Below are positions 11,420-25,100 of a stretch of DNA of 64,000 nucleotides, piece by piece. Both the position numbers and the translations under genes were made by a program. Origin of the DNA: Lama glama. Its lineage: Eukaryota. The stretch is taken from the NCBI GenBank assembly GCA_028534125.1, contig CM052817.1:40798001-40862000 (forward strand), given 5' to 3'. Positions within the stretch are counted from its first letter, which is position 1. Each line of letters begins with the position of its first letter. The notes below the pieces were generated by a model. The model did not search any database, was not told where the DNA came from, and was given only the letters and a program-made list of their open reading frames with translations.

Positions 11420-12155
11420 GATTGATTTACCTCATCTTTTTCTTGCCTCTGATCTCTGTCTCACCCACTCTGTCTTTTGGACTATAGCCAAAGTCATCTT
11501 CCTTAATAGCCCAACTCAACACAGTATCCCATTTATAGATCCCAGATTCTTTGGTGGTTCACCATTGCACGCAGGTTCAGCAGGGTGCACGATTCCCCTC
11601 GACAGTGTATTCCTACCTCATTTTCTTGTCCAGTCTTACCTTCCTCCTCTTATCTTCCCAGTATTCCGGAAACTTTAGTCTATTCCGATTTCCTGATCAT
11701 GTCCTCTCAACTCCAGGCTGTTCCTCTGCCTGGAATATTCTTCCCCTAATATTCACCTATTGATGTCTCTCCTTTCTTCAGCTCAAATCTTATCTCCAGA
11801 TCCACCCCTCGGGCATCATCCAGCTCCCCACACAGGCCCACTGATGTTAGTTGTGTTTGTTTCTCTATGAGACCTTGGACGACTTTCTCTTGTAACTTCT
11901 CAATGCTTCAGTTTTCTGTGTTCAGTGGGGATAATAGCAGTGCTGAATGATAACAGCAGGGCAGTGAGGGCCAAATGAGTTAATGCCTGGAAAGCACTTG
12001 GAATCGGGCTCAATGCATGGTAGTTGCTGAGGTTCCTGCCTGTGTGTCTCTGACCTCTTCAACCTCAAGAGATGAGTACTTTTTCCCCTCATAGCACCTA
12101 GCAGAGGATTTTACAGATAGTTTTGCACCAGATAAATGTCTGATGGGTTGAACTG
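11420..12155 (+). mobile_element. L2 3' region, interrupted by a + strand MIR at ~11865-12030
   Basis: L2 motifs atagccaaagtcatcttcc, gctgttcctctgcctggaatattcttccc and tagcacctagcagagg; MIR gcttcagttttctgtg...ggggataatagcag...aaatgagttaatgcctggaaagcacttgga. Confidence 0.65.
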
Positions 12156-12642
12156 ATCTTTCATTCCTGAAAGTTCATGATTTTCTTTGCCCTTGAATTA
12201 TTTTTTGCTTATTGGAAATTCCAATTTAACCAGCATCTGGTATTTTTATTTGCTACATCTGGCAACCCTGCCTTACCTTCTTCCTCTTCCCCTCAGCACC
12301 CAACTCCTAGAGACCAATCCCTCTCAGCTGGGGAAGACTTGTCCCCATCCTTCCCTCTTTAGCTACTGTGCCAGAGGTCCTGTCCCAGGCCAAGGGTACC
12401 ACCTCTAGGGACTTGCAGCCGGGCAGCTGTCTATACCCAATGCCTGACTAGTGAGCAAGCTTGATAAGTGATAAAGCGAGCAAACTTCCCACTCCAAGTG
12501 CCAGAGCTGTGGCTAAGAGAGGCGTATTACTGGCATTCTGTTTATTCATTCTTCATGTGTTCGCTGGTTCACTCAATCATTCACTCATTTAACAAATGTT
12601 AAATGCCAGCTTTGTGCTAGATGCCCCATGGAAGCCTTGCTA

Positions 12643-12910
12643 AGAGGTGTTCAAACTGTTATGACTGTGACCCACAGTCAGAAATATCTTTTACTTAGCA
12701 ATCCTGAATGCACATAGCTATTTATACCTATAACTCTGAAATTAAGTTTCAAGAATAATTCTTTTCCTTATGATGGGGATGTACTCTGATCTATGCAATT
12801 CTGTTCTTTCCTTTCCATTCCATTTCGTCCATTCTATTAAGAATTAAACTGGGAAAGACTCACTGAATTGATTTCATGAGTTGTGACTCATAAATTGAAA
12901 AGTGCTGCTG
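12643..12910. mobile_element. hAT-Charlie non-autonomous DNA transposon (MER112/113-like)
   Basis: ttcaaactgttatgactgtgacccacagtcagaaatatc...cactgaattgatttcatga...ttgaaaagtgctg with degenerate terminal inverted repeats. Confidence 0.7.
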
Positions 12911-13310
12911 TATGGGATGGTAAGATTCTATTTGCACAGAACAGTTTGTATCACTTCATTATCCCCAAACTGTACTTGCACATTATTGTACTATACATTG
13001 GGGGATTTTTTTGGGGTCTATCTTGGGAAGCCAGTTATCATGCAGAACATTATTTTGGGGGGAGAAAATATTTTCAGAGTTTTAAACATCTAACTTACCA
13101 AATAACTTTTGATGAATATCCTACCTTTAAATTGGATAAAAGGTTTAGTCAGGTTACATGGGCATATTTCATGACATGGTTTTTTATTTTGAACTCTGTA
13201 CTCAAATTTCAGTTTATTTCTCTCTTTGCATCTGGTAACAACAAATTTGCTCCATGGGTTGGATTGACTTCCTAGCCTACATTTAATGGGTCTTTCCATT
13301 TATATATATA

Positions 13311-13430
13311 TATGTTGTTGTTGTTGTTTTCTTTTTTCTTTTTTTCCCTTTAAGAGAGGCACTGGTGATTGAACCCAGGACCTTGTGCGTGACAAGCACA
13401 CGCTCTACCACTGAACTATACCATCCACCC
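13311..13430 (-). mobile_element. tRNA-derived camelid-type SINE (vic-1-like), diverged copy
   Basis: Reverse complement reads ggtatagttcagtggtagagcgtgtgcttg...ggtcctgggttcaatcaccagt (A and B boxes) followed by an A-rich tail. Confidence 0.85.
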
Positions 13431-14389
13431 CCTCCAGTTATATATTTTAATTGACCCTATCCCTTCCCCCTTGAAGGGAGTTATGCTTTGAAGCATTTTC
13501 TTCCCTCTAATTTGCCTGGTGAAGATCTTGATTTTATCCATTACAATGAGCTCCTTTGTTGGTTTAAATGAATCTTGCACACTCTCATCCACTTGATCAT
13601 TCTGATGATCGGCTTCAAGCATCTAAAGGATGAACCATGTGGTCTGGCTGTTTTGAAAGCAGATAACTTGGATGAGTGTGGCTGTAGCTTCAGTGATTGG
13701 ATGTTGGTGGATAATCATAAAGGAGAAGTTTACTTTAAGAATAATAGCTCCTGTTGCCACAGCTGGGATTCCTATGAGGGTTATTTGAATTTTAAGCTAA
13801 TGGGTGCTGAGTTTGCCTTTTAAATTTACCATTCAGTTGATTTGAGGGCCAACTGGATGTCTCTACCACATCTGAGCCATTGTATACACACGGGCAACTC
13901 TGCTTACCTTTTGTGTTAGCTGCTTTTAAACCCTGCATGTGGTCCTAAATGCACGAATTTCACTTATAAGAATATTTGGTCGCATTATGATTACATCTGT
14001 CTAATGGCTGCGTGCTGAGAAACTGTTACATGATTTTCTCCTTTTTTTGTATTTTGATAAGGAAAGGCTGGTGTTTCACATCTGTCAGATCGCCAGTGCT
14101 GGCTGCATGTCACAGAGAGCAGGGTTAGGAGCTTAACTCTTTGATTTATTTCCTTCTGCTTAGGTCTTTTCAATTTGTAGTGATGTTCTTGTACATTATG
14201 AATTTCTACTTTGCAAATCTTTGATAAGACACAATAGGTCTAGTAGTGATGTTTATATAAGGAAAGCTCTACCTACTTAGAGTTGCCTATGGAAGTGGCC
14301 TATAAATAAAAGTACAACTTTAATTTGAATTTTGTGAGGAGTAAGGACTGTGCTTTCCACCTTTGGAGAGTCTTAAATGTATTCTAGGC

Positions 14390-15545
14390 CTATTTCTCCA
14401 AATACCTATAGTATATTAACGATATTCTATGTCTCTTTCAAACCTCTACATTTTCAAACCAAAATAGAGGACTCATCATCCTGCTCCCATGTGAAACCCA
14501 CTTCTCCTTCCAACTCCATCGTCAGCCAAAAGCCCCACACGTCCACATGTCTTTTTTTTTTTTTTTTACTCAGCGTAGCATTTTGGTATCATCTTTCCTT
14601 CCTTCCTTTTCTTTTTCCTTCGTGAACAATTTGTCAGTGACTCCTGTAGATTTTTTTCTTGCCTTTATGGCTTTCTTTTTATTCCTACTAGTCATCATCC
14701 ACTGACCTGACAAGCGTTTATTGAGTATGTGCTATGACCAAGCTCTGGTGTGGTCTGTAGGGGATTTCTCCATAAGCCCCTAATTAGTTTGCTTCCCTGA
14801 AGTCTCCCTCCTCGCCCCTTTTCCTGGATGTGCTGCTAGTGTACCACAGAGCCTTTTCATTGTTACTTTCCTGTGTGAGAGTCTTCATGACTTTCTATTT
14901 CCAAAGGCTCAGGGCTCTAAATTCTGCCTAGGTTGTTTGTAAGGTATTCACTTAAGTGTCTCACCCTGCCCTCCCGACTTTGCTTCCTGCCGTTGACTTC
15001 CTTCAGGGATCCTCCCGTGTCCCTTCTTGCCCTGTGCCTTTGTTTATGATCTTTGTCTATCCTGCTGTGTGAGGACCTCTCCTCATTCTTCCCATTCTTC
15101 CTACCTAAACGCTATCGAATCTTCAGAGCTGTAGTAAAGACCCAGCCCTTCATGAAGCCTTCCCTAAATAAAGCAAAGAGGCTAGGAGTACACAGGCTGG
15201 CAAATCCCTCACTTCCTAACAATGTGCCCTTAATTAAGTAAATTACTTGCTTGTGTCTCACTTTTATTTTCTGCAAAATTAAAATGATAATAGTAGTTAT
15301 CTTACTGAGTTGTTACGAGGATTAGATAATTCAAATGAAATACTTAGCATAGTACCTGGCATGTGGTAATTGACAAAAATAATAATAATCATTATAGTTA
15401 CTGTAACATACATTTTCACCTTGATCCCCATACCCTGAGTATTCTCTCTTCTTTGACTATTTTAGAACATACCTTATACTTTTCTGAATTCTCCACAGTG
15501 CTGGACACAATATAGGTGCTCAATCAATGCTTATTAATTTTGAAA
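14390..15545 (+). mobile_element. Fragmented L2 with an inserted + strand MIR (~15230-15400)
   Basis: L2 tail cacagtgctggacacaatataggtgctcaatcaatgctt; MIR aaaatgataatagtagttatcttactgagttgttacgaggattagata...acttagcatagtacctggca. Confidence 0.6.
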
Positions 15546-16189
15546 ACATGCCATATACTGTTTTATCAAAATCTGGGAACTGATTTATTTCTGGATATAT
15601 TTAATTGTATTTCATGGAAATATGACAGCCACTGTCCTTCAGTGACTTGCCCCCTCATCTGTGGGATGTATGTTGATGCTAACTTAGGCTGCAGTTGGAT
15701 GAATGATGACAATGCACTTTTACATGCAACTGTGGCAGAAGCAGTACTTGAAAAATGTGCCAGTTGTAAATGCCATTTAAATGGAATTCGACCATAGATT
15801 GCAATACAATTAAACAAAGCATATTTTTAATTTTTCAATTGGTTTGCAGAACATGTATCCTCAAAACAGGTCAAGTGAAGCAAATCCATGCCATAAGTCA
15901 AGACTTTAGTCCTCAGACTTTTATGTTCCAAGCTGTTGATGGAGAATTCTGGCTTAAAGTCAGGTTAGATTATTCTGAAATTAATTTACTCCAAAGAACA
16001 TTTACCCAGTGGGCTTCCTTATCATTTCCAGTGGGAAAGAGGCAGTAATGATGCCCTGCTTCCCTGGAAAACTCTGTTAGATGGACTGAAAGCATGGGAA
16101 TTTACTGTCATGGAGATTATTTGAATTTGGCTGAAAGTCTAGTGAGGATGCCTACAGAGAGGCACATGGGCTGAAAACTAAAGAGGGTC

Positions 16190-16440
16190 AGCGTTATGAA
16201 TTGCAAAGAACCTACATCCGGAGCCTTAAGATCCGGATTCTGAGCCTGGCTCATCTCCTCACTAGCTGAATGCAGCTGGAGGAAATCTCCTTACCTCTCG
16301 GAGTGTCAATTTTCATAGCTCTAAATTGCAAGGATCAATACTCGATTTGCTTTACTCACAGAAATGATGTGAGGCTTTAGTGTGGTAATAAATGTGAAAG
16401 TCTTTATGAAATATCAAGCATTATACAAATGTGAATTGCC
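16190..16440 (+). mobile_element. MIR/MIR3 SINE
   Basis: gcctggctc...cactagctg...ccttacctctcggagtgtcaattttcat...atgtgaaagtcttt...gcattatacaaatgtga. Confidence 0.7.
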
Positions 16441-19069
16441 ATCACTGGTCCTGTGATGAAGAGGACAGAAACATAAGGTGTATACTTGGCATCCTGGGCA
16501 AGCAGGGACCTGCTGGCCAGTGGGCTGTTCGGGATGGTATGAATGATAAAGAAGAGAAATGCTTCTGTTTAAAAGATAGAGAAGGAAATATGAAGCAGTC
16601 ATAATTTACAGCTAGAGCTTTGACCCTTGTGTGATAACCCCTGGGATCTCTTTGTGTCCAGAGGTTTCCTTAGGGAATAATGCACTTTTTGATAACTAAA
16701 CTTGAACTAAGTTTATGAATGAAATTCTATCAACATGGGGGAAGGAATGCAGATAGCGGTGACAGAAGGCAAATTGCAGGGAAGGACTGCTGGACCAGAC
16801 TCAGAAAGAGGGTCTCAGAGTGTAGGATTATAGATTGAAGAAACATATAGTGGCTGTTGTTGGAATTCACTCTCTATTCCCTGAGTCTACCCTGTGCCAG
16901 GAAAAAGAGTCTGACATACAATGACTCAAGCAACCTTGTTACGGGGCCATTTCTGAGAGTGGAACTCAGAGCAGGGAGCCTTTTCAGTGCAAGGGGAGCA
17001 CTGATGGTCTGGCAGGAGCAGAACAGACACCCAGACAACCTGCAGCCAGCACGGTCTGATAGCTGTTTGGACTGGTTTGAGAGCTCATATGATGTAATTT
17101 CCCCCAGAGGACATCTACTGATACCAAAGGAGGAAAGGATCCTTGGAAAAGAATCTGATGTGCTCAGAATGGGGATGGAGTTATGTAGCTAGCAAAACTG
17201 GGATATAAGTGGTAAGGTGACTTCATTTGTAACCACATTTGGGTACATAAAACTGGCCCCATATAATCTTGTCAATTTCCTTCTTTCCTATTCCATTTTT
17301 GAATTAGGGTAGGCCTTTTGTGAAATTTAACCCCCAAGCCATTTTTTTTTTGGCCCAACAAGCTTATTCTTGATATTTATTTTAACCAAATTTCATGTGT
17401 GTTAAAATGTATTGTGTGTTTGTTAAGAGAAAGTGGGGTAGTGTGGGAGAGGTCAGACCACATGCATAGCCACACACAGACAAAAAGACACAAAGACATA
17501 CAGTGACTTGATCCTGGAATGGCCATGGTGATTGAACCACATCATAATCAGTGGTTAAAATGAATCCAGAAATCTCACTGATTTTACTTACCAACTTTGC
17601 TCCAAAACCTTAAATGTGCTTATGTATGTGAAGCCAAGCTCATGGGCTACTTCTCAAGGGTTAACAGATTGAACTTCCTTGCCTTTTGAGTTTCCCTTTT
17701 GCCTCCTTCCTCTCCTCTAGTTTAGGGAAGTCCTTTCTAAGAGTCTGTGACATAGCTGTGTGCAATTTTCATTTTTTCCATCTCACTCTGCAAATAGAAA
17801 CTGATTTCATTTTTTTCTCATGTATAAAGAAATAGTGCATCTGATTTCACAGGCCAGAAAAAAATGATTGGAAAGCATCCAGCCAGGCCCTAGGGAAGCC
17901 CCTAAAATTATTCTCTACCTTATGGACTGTCCAGATTGTTTGTGTGTGTGGCTGGGGAAGATGGGGGCAGGGAAGAGGGATTTGGGAAATAAAATTTTCT
18001 TGTGCCCAGATGCTGTGAGTGAGTCAGATGGCTGGGTGAGTACCCCGATGCCGACTGTGATTTTTAGGAGTCCATTTGTTCAGTGCCAGGTTGGATGTCC
18101 AAGCAGCTGGGTGGACCCTCGGGTTTTCCCAGTTAATGTAGCTCCCTGTCTCTGCATGTTGTGTGGACTTCCCTTATGTGTGACAACTTCTTGGATAGGT
18201 AGAGAGACTTTACTTGGCTTACCTTGGATTACATCTTTGATTTGGAATTACTGCACGTTAGAATGACCAAGAAATCTGCCCTCACCTAGCAGAGTTGATG
18301 GATAAGAGACAATAATAGCAGTTCTTTAGAATTCACCAAAACACCTCACATACATAATTTTATTAGAAATGGAGAAACAGTAAGGGGTTATTTTACTCTA
18401 GTTACAGATGGAAAAACAAAGGAACAGGGAATTGACAAATATTAGCTATTGGTAAATAGCTTGGGTTTAAAATTGTCTAACAGCCTTGCAGATAATAAAA
18501 ATTATTTATCACCTTTTCCTATATATGTCATTCTCAATAGAATTTAGAAGATAGCACTATAAAAACACCATCAATTGAAATCACTAATTTTGAAATTCTT
18601 TGAAAATCATAAAATAGTGCAAAAAATTTGAGGTATCTTGCCTTAAATACAGTTTGGAATGATACAAGGTATACCTAAATGCCGTAAAATATTAGTAGTG
18701 TTATTTAAATGAAAAATTCCATTATTAGTAAAGGTCCTTCCCATTTCTGGCCTTGCAGATGAACATGATAACAAATGGGAGCAGCTTTGATGATCTGTTT
18801 CCGAAATTATTTCCAAGCCCTTCTTTGTCCCACAAAATTAGCATAAATCTCACCTGCCACTCAAACTATCCCCATCTCTTCCTTCAAGTTCCTTAATCAC
18901 TAGATGAAGAGCTCCCAAGCCAAGATCTGTAGAGAACAATTGGTTTTTCTCTCTAGACAAACTGTTCCTGAGGTACAATATGTTGGAGTGATTGCCCAGG
19001 ATTTTATGTCACATGGGATCTCCTTGCTGCTGGTGGAGAGAATAGTCAACAAACTTTGTGGCACAGTGC

Positions 19070-19240
19070 TTTGAGATTTTGAAGCACTTTGATTGAGTCC
19101 TCTTAAAGAGTTCTGAAGCACTATCATCCTCACTTGACAGATTAGAAGCCAAGGTTCAGAGAGATAAAGCGAATGTGAATGTGCCAAGATAACCATCACC
19201 AGGAAGCTGTGGAGCTAAGACTTCAACTCCACTCTTTGTG
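19070..19240 (-). mobile_element. MIR SINE fragment
   Basis: tatcatcctcacttgacagattagaagccaaggttcagagagataaagcga...tgccaagat. Confidence 0.65.
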
Positions 19241-19429
19241 GGACAAGCTAGGTGTTAACTGTGATGCCCTCACCAGTGTAAGGAAGCATCCAAGACTCAT
19301 ATACATTAATCATCTCTGTAATTACTCTTCCACCATCAAGGCAAAGGCATGGCCCTTCCCACTCCCTGTATCTTTGTTGATACTATAGGCTTCCATTAAT
19401 GATTATCTTCTAGAATTTGTGCTAAATCT

Positions 19430-19600
19430 CTACTTTCACTTGTCACATTATTATGTGACCACAGACAAGTTACTTACCTTCTCTAAGCTTCAGTTTCTTC
19501 ATCTGTAAAAACAAAGATGGTGGTTATTATGAGGATTAAATGAGAAAACACGTGTACAGTGTTAAGCACTCTGCCTGGAACGTAGTTAACATTTGATGTT
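19430..19600 (+). mobile_element. MIR SINE
   Basis: tgtgaccacagacaagttacttaccttctctaagcttcagtttcttcatctgtaaaa...tgaggattaaatgaga. Confidence 0.88.
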
Positions 19601-19920
19601 ACCTTTCTTCTGCTTATTTTAAAAAATTTTCCACTTCATGGTTGGGCTTGATTTACATTTCAGCCTAGTTCTCCCTGTATTAATGTTTTGGAGGTCAGGT
19701 GGATATTGAGCAGGCATGTGATGAGAGTGGGAAAGAGAAGGCACCTACTGTATATTTTCTTTTTGGCTCACTTGAAAACCAAATAAGATTCCATAGCACT
19801 AGTGGTGATAAAAGATTGGTTTGATGATTTTTTCTGGGTAAGTAAACTGGTGTTTACTTTTCTTTCTGCAGTCTCTTGCCTATCACATACTGTGCTATGT
19901 TGATTACTTACTGAACAAGT

Positions 19921-20053
19921 TTTTTTTTTTTTTTTTTGGTGTGGGAGGTGATTAGGTTTATTTATTTATTTTTAGAGGAGGTACTGGGGATTGAACCCTG
20001 GACCTTGTGCATGCTAAGCATGCACTCTGCCACTTGAGCTATACCCTCCCCCT
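19921..20053 (-). mobile_element. tRNA-derived camelid-type SINE (vic-1-like), young full-length copy with TSD
   Basis: Reverse complement ggggagggtatagctcaagtggcagagtgcatgcttagcatgcacaaggtccagggttcaatccccagtacctcc, then (TAAA)n and poly-A; TSD tgaacaagt at 19912-19920 and 20054-20062. Confidence 0.93.
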
Positions 20054-20489
20054 TGAACAAGTATTTTTTAAATTCCAAGTATATGCCCTATTCATGTGGT
20101 TCCTTACAAAAGGAACAAGACATGGTCTCTTCCCCAAGTTCACGTGAAGAGATTTGATTTCTAAGCACAAAAACAGAGGACTATTCTGAGCTGATGCCTG
20201 GTAGGAAGCTACTATGCCTATTCCAGTGAAAAGATTTCACAGGCTCTTTCCCCAGAATCCTTCCAAGTGCTGTGACAACCATTTAAAATATTTTCCAAAA
20301 GAAGAAGTTGACTTTAGAAGAAATTCTGTTTTTCCAGATTGGTATTATAAATAGGCAGAATAAGTTATCATTTGTGGTTTACCACTTTCCAAGACACGAG
20401 AAGTGGTGGTGGAAAGGTGGGATTATGTCTGAGGTCACATCAGATGTAAAACCTTTTTAAAACTATACCTCTTTATTGGATTTTCAGAT

Positions 20490-20625
20490 TCTATTTCATA
20501 GTGCCTTAGGCAAATTACTTTCCTCATATGTAAAATGTTCTAAATAAAAATATCTCACTGGGCTTTCATGCAGATTTCATGAAATATGATGTGAAAGCAC
20601 TTAGCATAGGCCCTGGCATGTGTTA
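20490..20625 (+). mobile_element. MIR SINE fragment
   Basis: gccttaggcaaattactttcctcatatgtaaaatg...gtgaaagcacttagcataggccctggca. Confidence 0.7.
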
Positions 20626-21239
20626 GCAAGTTAGCAATATTTTAGTATCCAGTTAGCAATCTTTTTCTTTTTACATTGATGAATATGCTCTTTGTCTTTT
20701 CTAGACCAGAGGTTTGAATGAAGTCCTCCTTTTGAAGCCTCTCCTCCTGTTATCCACTTTTATTTTGGAACATTTCAGTATTGTCTACAGCTCAGCATGG
20801 CTTTACATAGCCCATCAAAGAGTTAATAATGCTGTGCTTCAACCTTTCCAGTTTGCTAGAGCTACTTAATCAGAGAAATCATTGTGGCTCTTTTTGTGCA
20901 ACTCATTGATGTCCAAAGCAACTAATTAGAGAGAGGGAATATAGAAAATCAATCTTTACTAACATTGACATTTCTTCCACTTTAAGCAATTGGTTTGCTT
21001 ACATTCTTTGTGAAAACCTGTTGAGATCTAAAATTACCCTTGATGACTACATTAGAGGGTTCTAATAGGTTCTTGGTGTTAGAATAAAGATTTTCTGAAC
21101 ATTAAATACACAGCCAGGGTTTGGAAGGGATCCAGCATATTGCAGGAACTCAGTAGACCCACGACAACATTAAAGAAGCTTTAGGCAAAGATGGGACTAT
21201 AATTCTGTGAGTCTAGCCTACTTAGAGAAAACAGGATTG

Positions 21240-21700
21240 TGTTAGATCTGTTTCTCTTTGTACCTTTAGTTCTTGATCTTTCTCCAGGAAGTTAAGCTGT
21301 ATGAAATACATCTACAGAGTTGGTTTAGCCTCAGCATCTAATTGACTTTGACCAGTGGGGGACATTGGTTAGAGACTGTGGGGAGTGGAGATTGTGAAGG
21401 CAAGGTGTTTATTACCCTGACTTGCTATTTGCAAGTCACCTTGATCTGGCTGTGTCTAAGATCACAGCTCCTATTTAAGGTGGTCGTCTCCATGTAGCCT
21501 GCCTGCCTCTAGCTTCTGTGACTCTCCTTTTTCTTGCTACTTTAATGGGGAGTAATTGGGCATGTTTCTAGCCCCAAGACATTGTACCATGCCTAATGGT
21601 TTTCTTATACCCTTCTAGCATCTTTGTAAAATTTTACTGAACTTTCCTTACATTACCCAATTTGAGTATGTCATCTGAGTCCTACTAGAACCCTGAATGA
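21240..21700 (+). mobile_element. ERVL solo LTR (LTR33-like), diverged
   Basis: Collinear similarity to the better-preserved copy at 34597-35090, e.g. ctttgtaaaa...ttacccaatttgagtatgtcatctg...accctgaatgat. Confidence 0.65.
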
Positions 21701-21939
21701 TTGAGGAACAACAGCAACTTCCTTTTCAAAAATCACTGTATGAATTACTGGTCTGTAAAAAATTCTGCCAATTCACAAAAATGGTGTGTGCCTCATTACA
21801 TATTCAGGTCAAAGTGGGTGAATTCACAAGAATGATATATAAGATGTGGCTTTTGTTGGTTGTGACTGTGGTTACATGGAATGTCATTTGGGTTGAATGA
21901 GATATTAGAGTGTCAGTAAATGCCAGAATCTTAAAAGAG

Positions 21940-22110
21940 TAGAGCCTTTAGAGATGGAGTGGGAGGCTGAATGCATTGCATCTCAACGTTGTAACTTGCA
22001 GGTGAGGAATCTGAATGGCCAAGAAATTAAATGAGTTGCCCAAGGTCAGATGATTATAGTGTGTGAACCACGTCTTGTGTCTCTAAGGTTAGTAGTTGTT
22101 TTAGTGCTCC
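21940..22110 (-). mobile_element. MIR SINE fragment
   Basis: ttgcaggtgaggaatctgaatggccaagaaattaaatgagttgcccaaggtca. Confidence 0.65.
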
Positions 22111-25100
22111 AAACTGTGGAAAACAGTTAAATTTAGTTTCCATCAAGCAGAATACTTTGTTCAGCTTGCAATGAACTAGAAATGTGCTTGAGCACGGTGT
22201 TGTGAGTTTTGATTTGTCTTTAACCAGGAAATTAAGTGCAAGAGAAGAATTTCAGTTTATAATAATTCATCTGTCACATCAGTTTAGCCAAATAGAATAA
22301 TGTAACAATGATGTTAACATTGTTTTAGAATTGGTCTATTGGTAAGGGAATTTTTTTGCTTTATAGCACTTTTAGTTTCAGAAAATATAATTTATACTTG
22401 TACTGAGTGATGGATTATAAAAATGCTCAGAAAACAGTCCTAACCCCTGTATGTATTTCATTATCAAAAGAGTTTTTGGGGCACTGATCTCTCCTCACTG
22501 TTTCATGCTAGAAAATATTTGATTTTCTATTTTGTATGTGGAGTGTATACCCTGAGAATTGATGTAGTTGTTATATGAAAGGTGTTAGTGTTTCTGCCCT
22601 TAAGATAATAACAACCTAATGCTGTTTTATGGGTAGAGAGGATAGTGGTATATGCAAGGTATATGGGATAGAGATTATATCCAAATGGGAAAATAAACAA
22701 GATAAATTTCCTGCTTAAGTCAACTGTTGGGAAGAGCTGCAAGATAACCCCTTCAATTAAAGTGTAAGCCCCTGAAATCACAGGTAAAAACTTACATTTC
22801 TTTCATAGTCTCTTCTACCTCTTTTCGTGGTGAGCAGAAAGAATGATAATTACTTAATAAATATTTGACAAATAAATAAGTGAAACAATGATAGCTGTTC
22901 TTGTAGCATTTCAGGAGTAAGAAAGGGAGTTTGGTCTAATCTGTTGTTTTATCTAGTTCATAATTGCTAAGCTAGGTGGATCACACATTGGGAGTATTAC
23001 TTTGGTATATACATTGTGTGTGTGTGCCATTACTTTATTTTTTTTCTGTTTAGGTTTGCATATAGAAAATTGGATTGTTAATTCAATCTTATCTTTTTAA
23101 TAAATTAAAAAGTGAAACTGTTTAGGTAAACAAATCAATAATAGGTTGATTTAAATCAGTTTTTACTATGAGACATCAATTTTCTTATACATAAAACCTA
23201 GAAAATTAATAAATATAAGCTGTTTATTGGCTTCAGTTTTTGTGCTTTGATCCATAAAAAGTGACTCACATCAGCTAGAGATGTTAGTTTTCCTTGTACC
23301 TCTGTAGTGTGCTAGGATGATCTTTGCTTTAAATCTGCTTTCCTGGATAATGCTACACATTGCTATATTACATGCATATTTTAGAATTTCAAACTATTGG
23401 TTTTGTCCCTGTGTGGTGCAAATATATGCCATTCCCTTTAAAACATCATAAATGGGTCCATGTTTTTTTTTTATATCAATATTGGCTTAATTATCTTTTG
23501 AATGGTAGAACTTTCAGAGAAACAGTTCTGTTGAAAAGATAGTGATCATCTATATGCTTACCCATATGTAAAAATTATATTTTGATAATGACATTTCCTC
23601 CAAACAGAAAGTTAAGTAGAAATTTACACCATAGTCTATGGGGTGAGTACTCAGCATTCCTTATTGCTTTTCCTATCAAATTAGTTCTCATTTGACTCCA
23701 AGGTGGAGGAATACAAATCTGCAGGTTGCAGACCTCAGACTGGGCCATATCTGTGAGTAGTGGGGAGTGTCTGTATGCATATATCTGTCTCTTTTTCCTT
23801 CTTCCTTTCTTCCTTGTAAAATAGTAAGGACCAGGGAAACTTTCCACTTAAAAAATGCACAGCTAACTACCCCCTCTTTTTCCCCCCTTTTCTTTCTTTT
23901 TCTTCTGTATTGTGAAAGTAGAAAGCTGTTCCGCAGAAGAGGTCCAGCAAACTTTCTTGCTCTCTCTGAATTCACTCTCTTCATTCCACACTGTAACAAA
24001 TACTGAGTTACTGTCCTAGCAAGCAGCTCAGTGTTAGCAGTGAGAAGAACTGTGTTTATTTCTTCACTGTTGTGTCTCCTGCATATAACAATGTTTCCTA
24101 AATAACAGGCTTGTAGAATTAATACACATATAAATAAATTCATAAAACCATACCATACCTTTTTCCACAGACCTTCTTCTTTCCCTATCACCAAGGAAAC
24201 TTGAAAAATTTCTGCTATATGAATGTAAATACTTAAGGATATAAGATACCTTTCTGATGAACTCCTTTCCCCTTTTTCTTTGGCCTTGAGGACTTACATA
24301 TTTGACTTTCCTTTAGCCTGACTTCATTTGCTTTCAAATATTGAGATGAATAGAAAGAGACATTAGAATGTGATTTTGCCCATCTTTGGGGAAGGCCCTG
24401 GACCTTAAAATATCTTAGGATGACTTTGGTTGTAAATTCTAAGATATATTATGATAACAACTTTAACATTGTTTAAATTGATTAACAATATTTTAATGTA
24501 TGTGACATTTTTAGTTGATATAGTTGAAACTTCATTATTTTTAAGTTACTAGGATTTAATTGAAGAACATAAAATTTAATATACTTTTACTTCACATTTT
24601 TGTTAATTTTTTGTGTGTTTATTTATGCCTTTTGAAGCATTTTTTTGGTGTAAGTCTTCAATCACTATTAATTGGAACACTTGTGTAATAAATACAGATT
24701 TTCTTCACAAGGCAAATTGTTTCTGCTATATTCCAAAATGTTCATAATTTTGAAAGGTGGTTATAAAAAATCAAAATGAAAAAATTTTCTTATTATTATA
24801 AACACCACATTAACTTGAAATATTAAAACCATTTGTGCACTTTTGCTGCATTGAGTTTTAAAACAACACCATTGGTTTTTTCTGCTGGAGTTTGTGACCT
24901 TGTCTTACTTGTAACTGTCCATGGTGCTGAAAGCATTCTGTCTTGTTAGACATAGTTACAAAATGATGGGAACGTGAGAAACTTTCAGACTAATGCCCCC
25001 ATATACAGTGAAGAATTATAGAGAGGTCAACTTACTTACCTAATTTGATATAATTTATAGTGGCTGATCAGGACAAGAATCCATGTGCTTTTTTCTACCT

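Noticed and set aside
19975..20050. tRNA-like sequence (also 13355-13425) as a tRNA gene
   Set aside because: Followed by an AT-rich linker and poly-A, with a TSD at the 19921 copy; these are SINE heads, not tRNA genes
23688..24194. 168-aa minus-strand ORF
   Set aside because: Non-ATG start, a low-complexity Lys/Arg run from a pyrimidine tract, no recognisable homology and no clear splice signals
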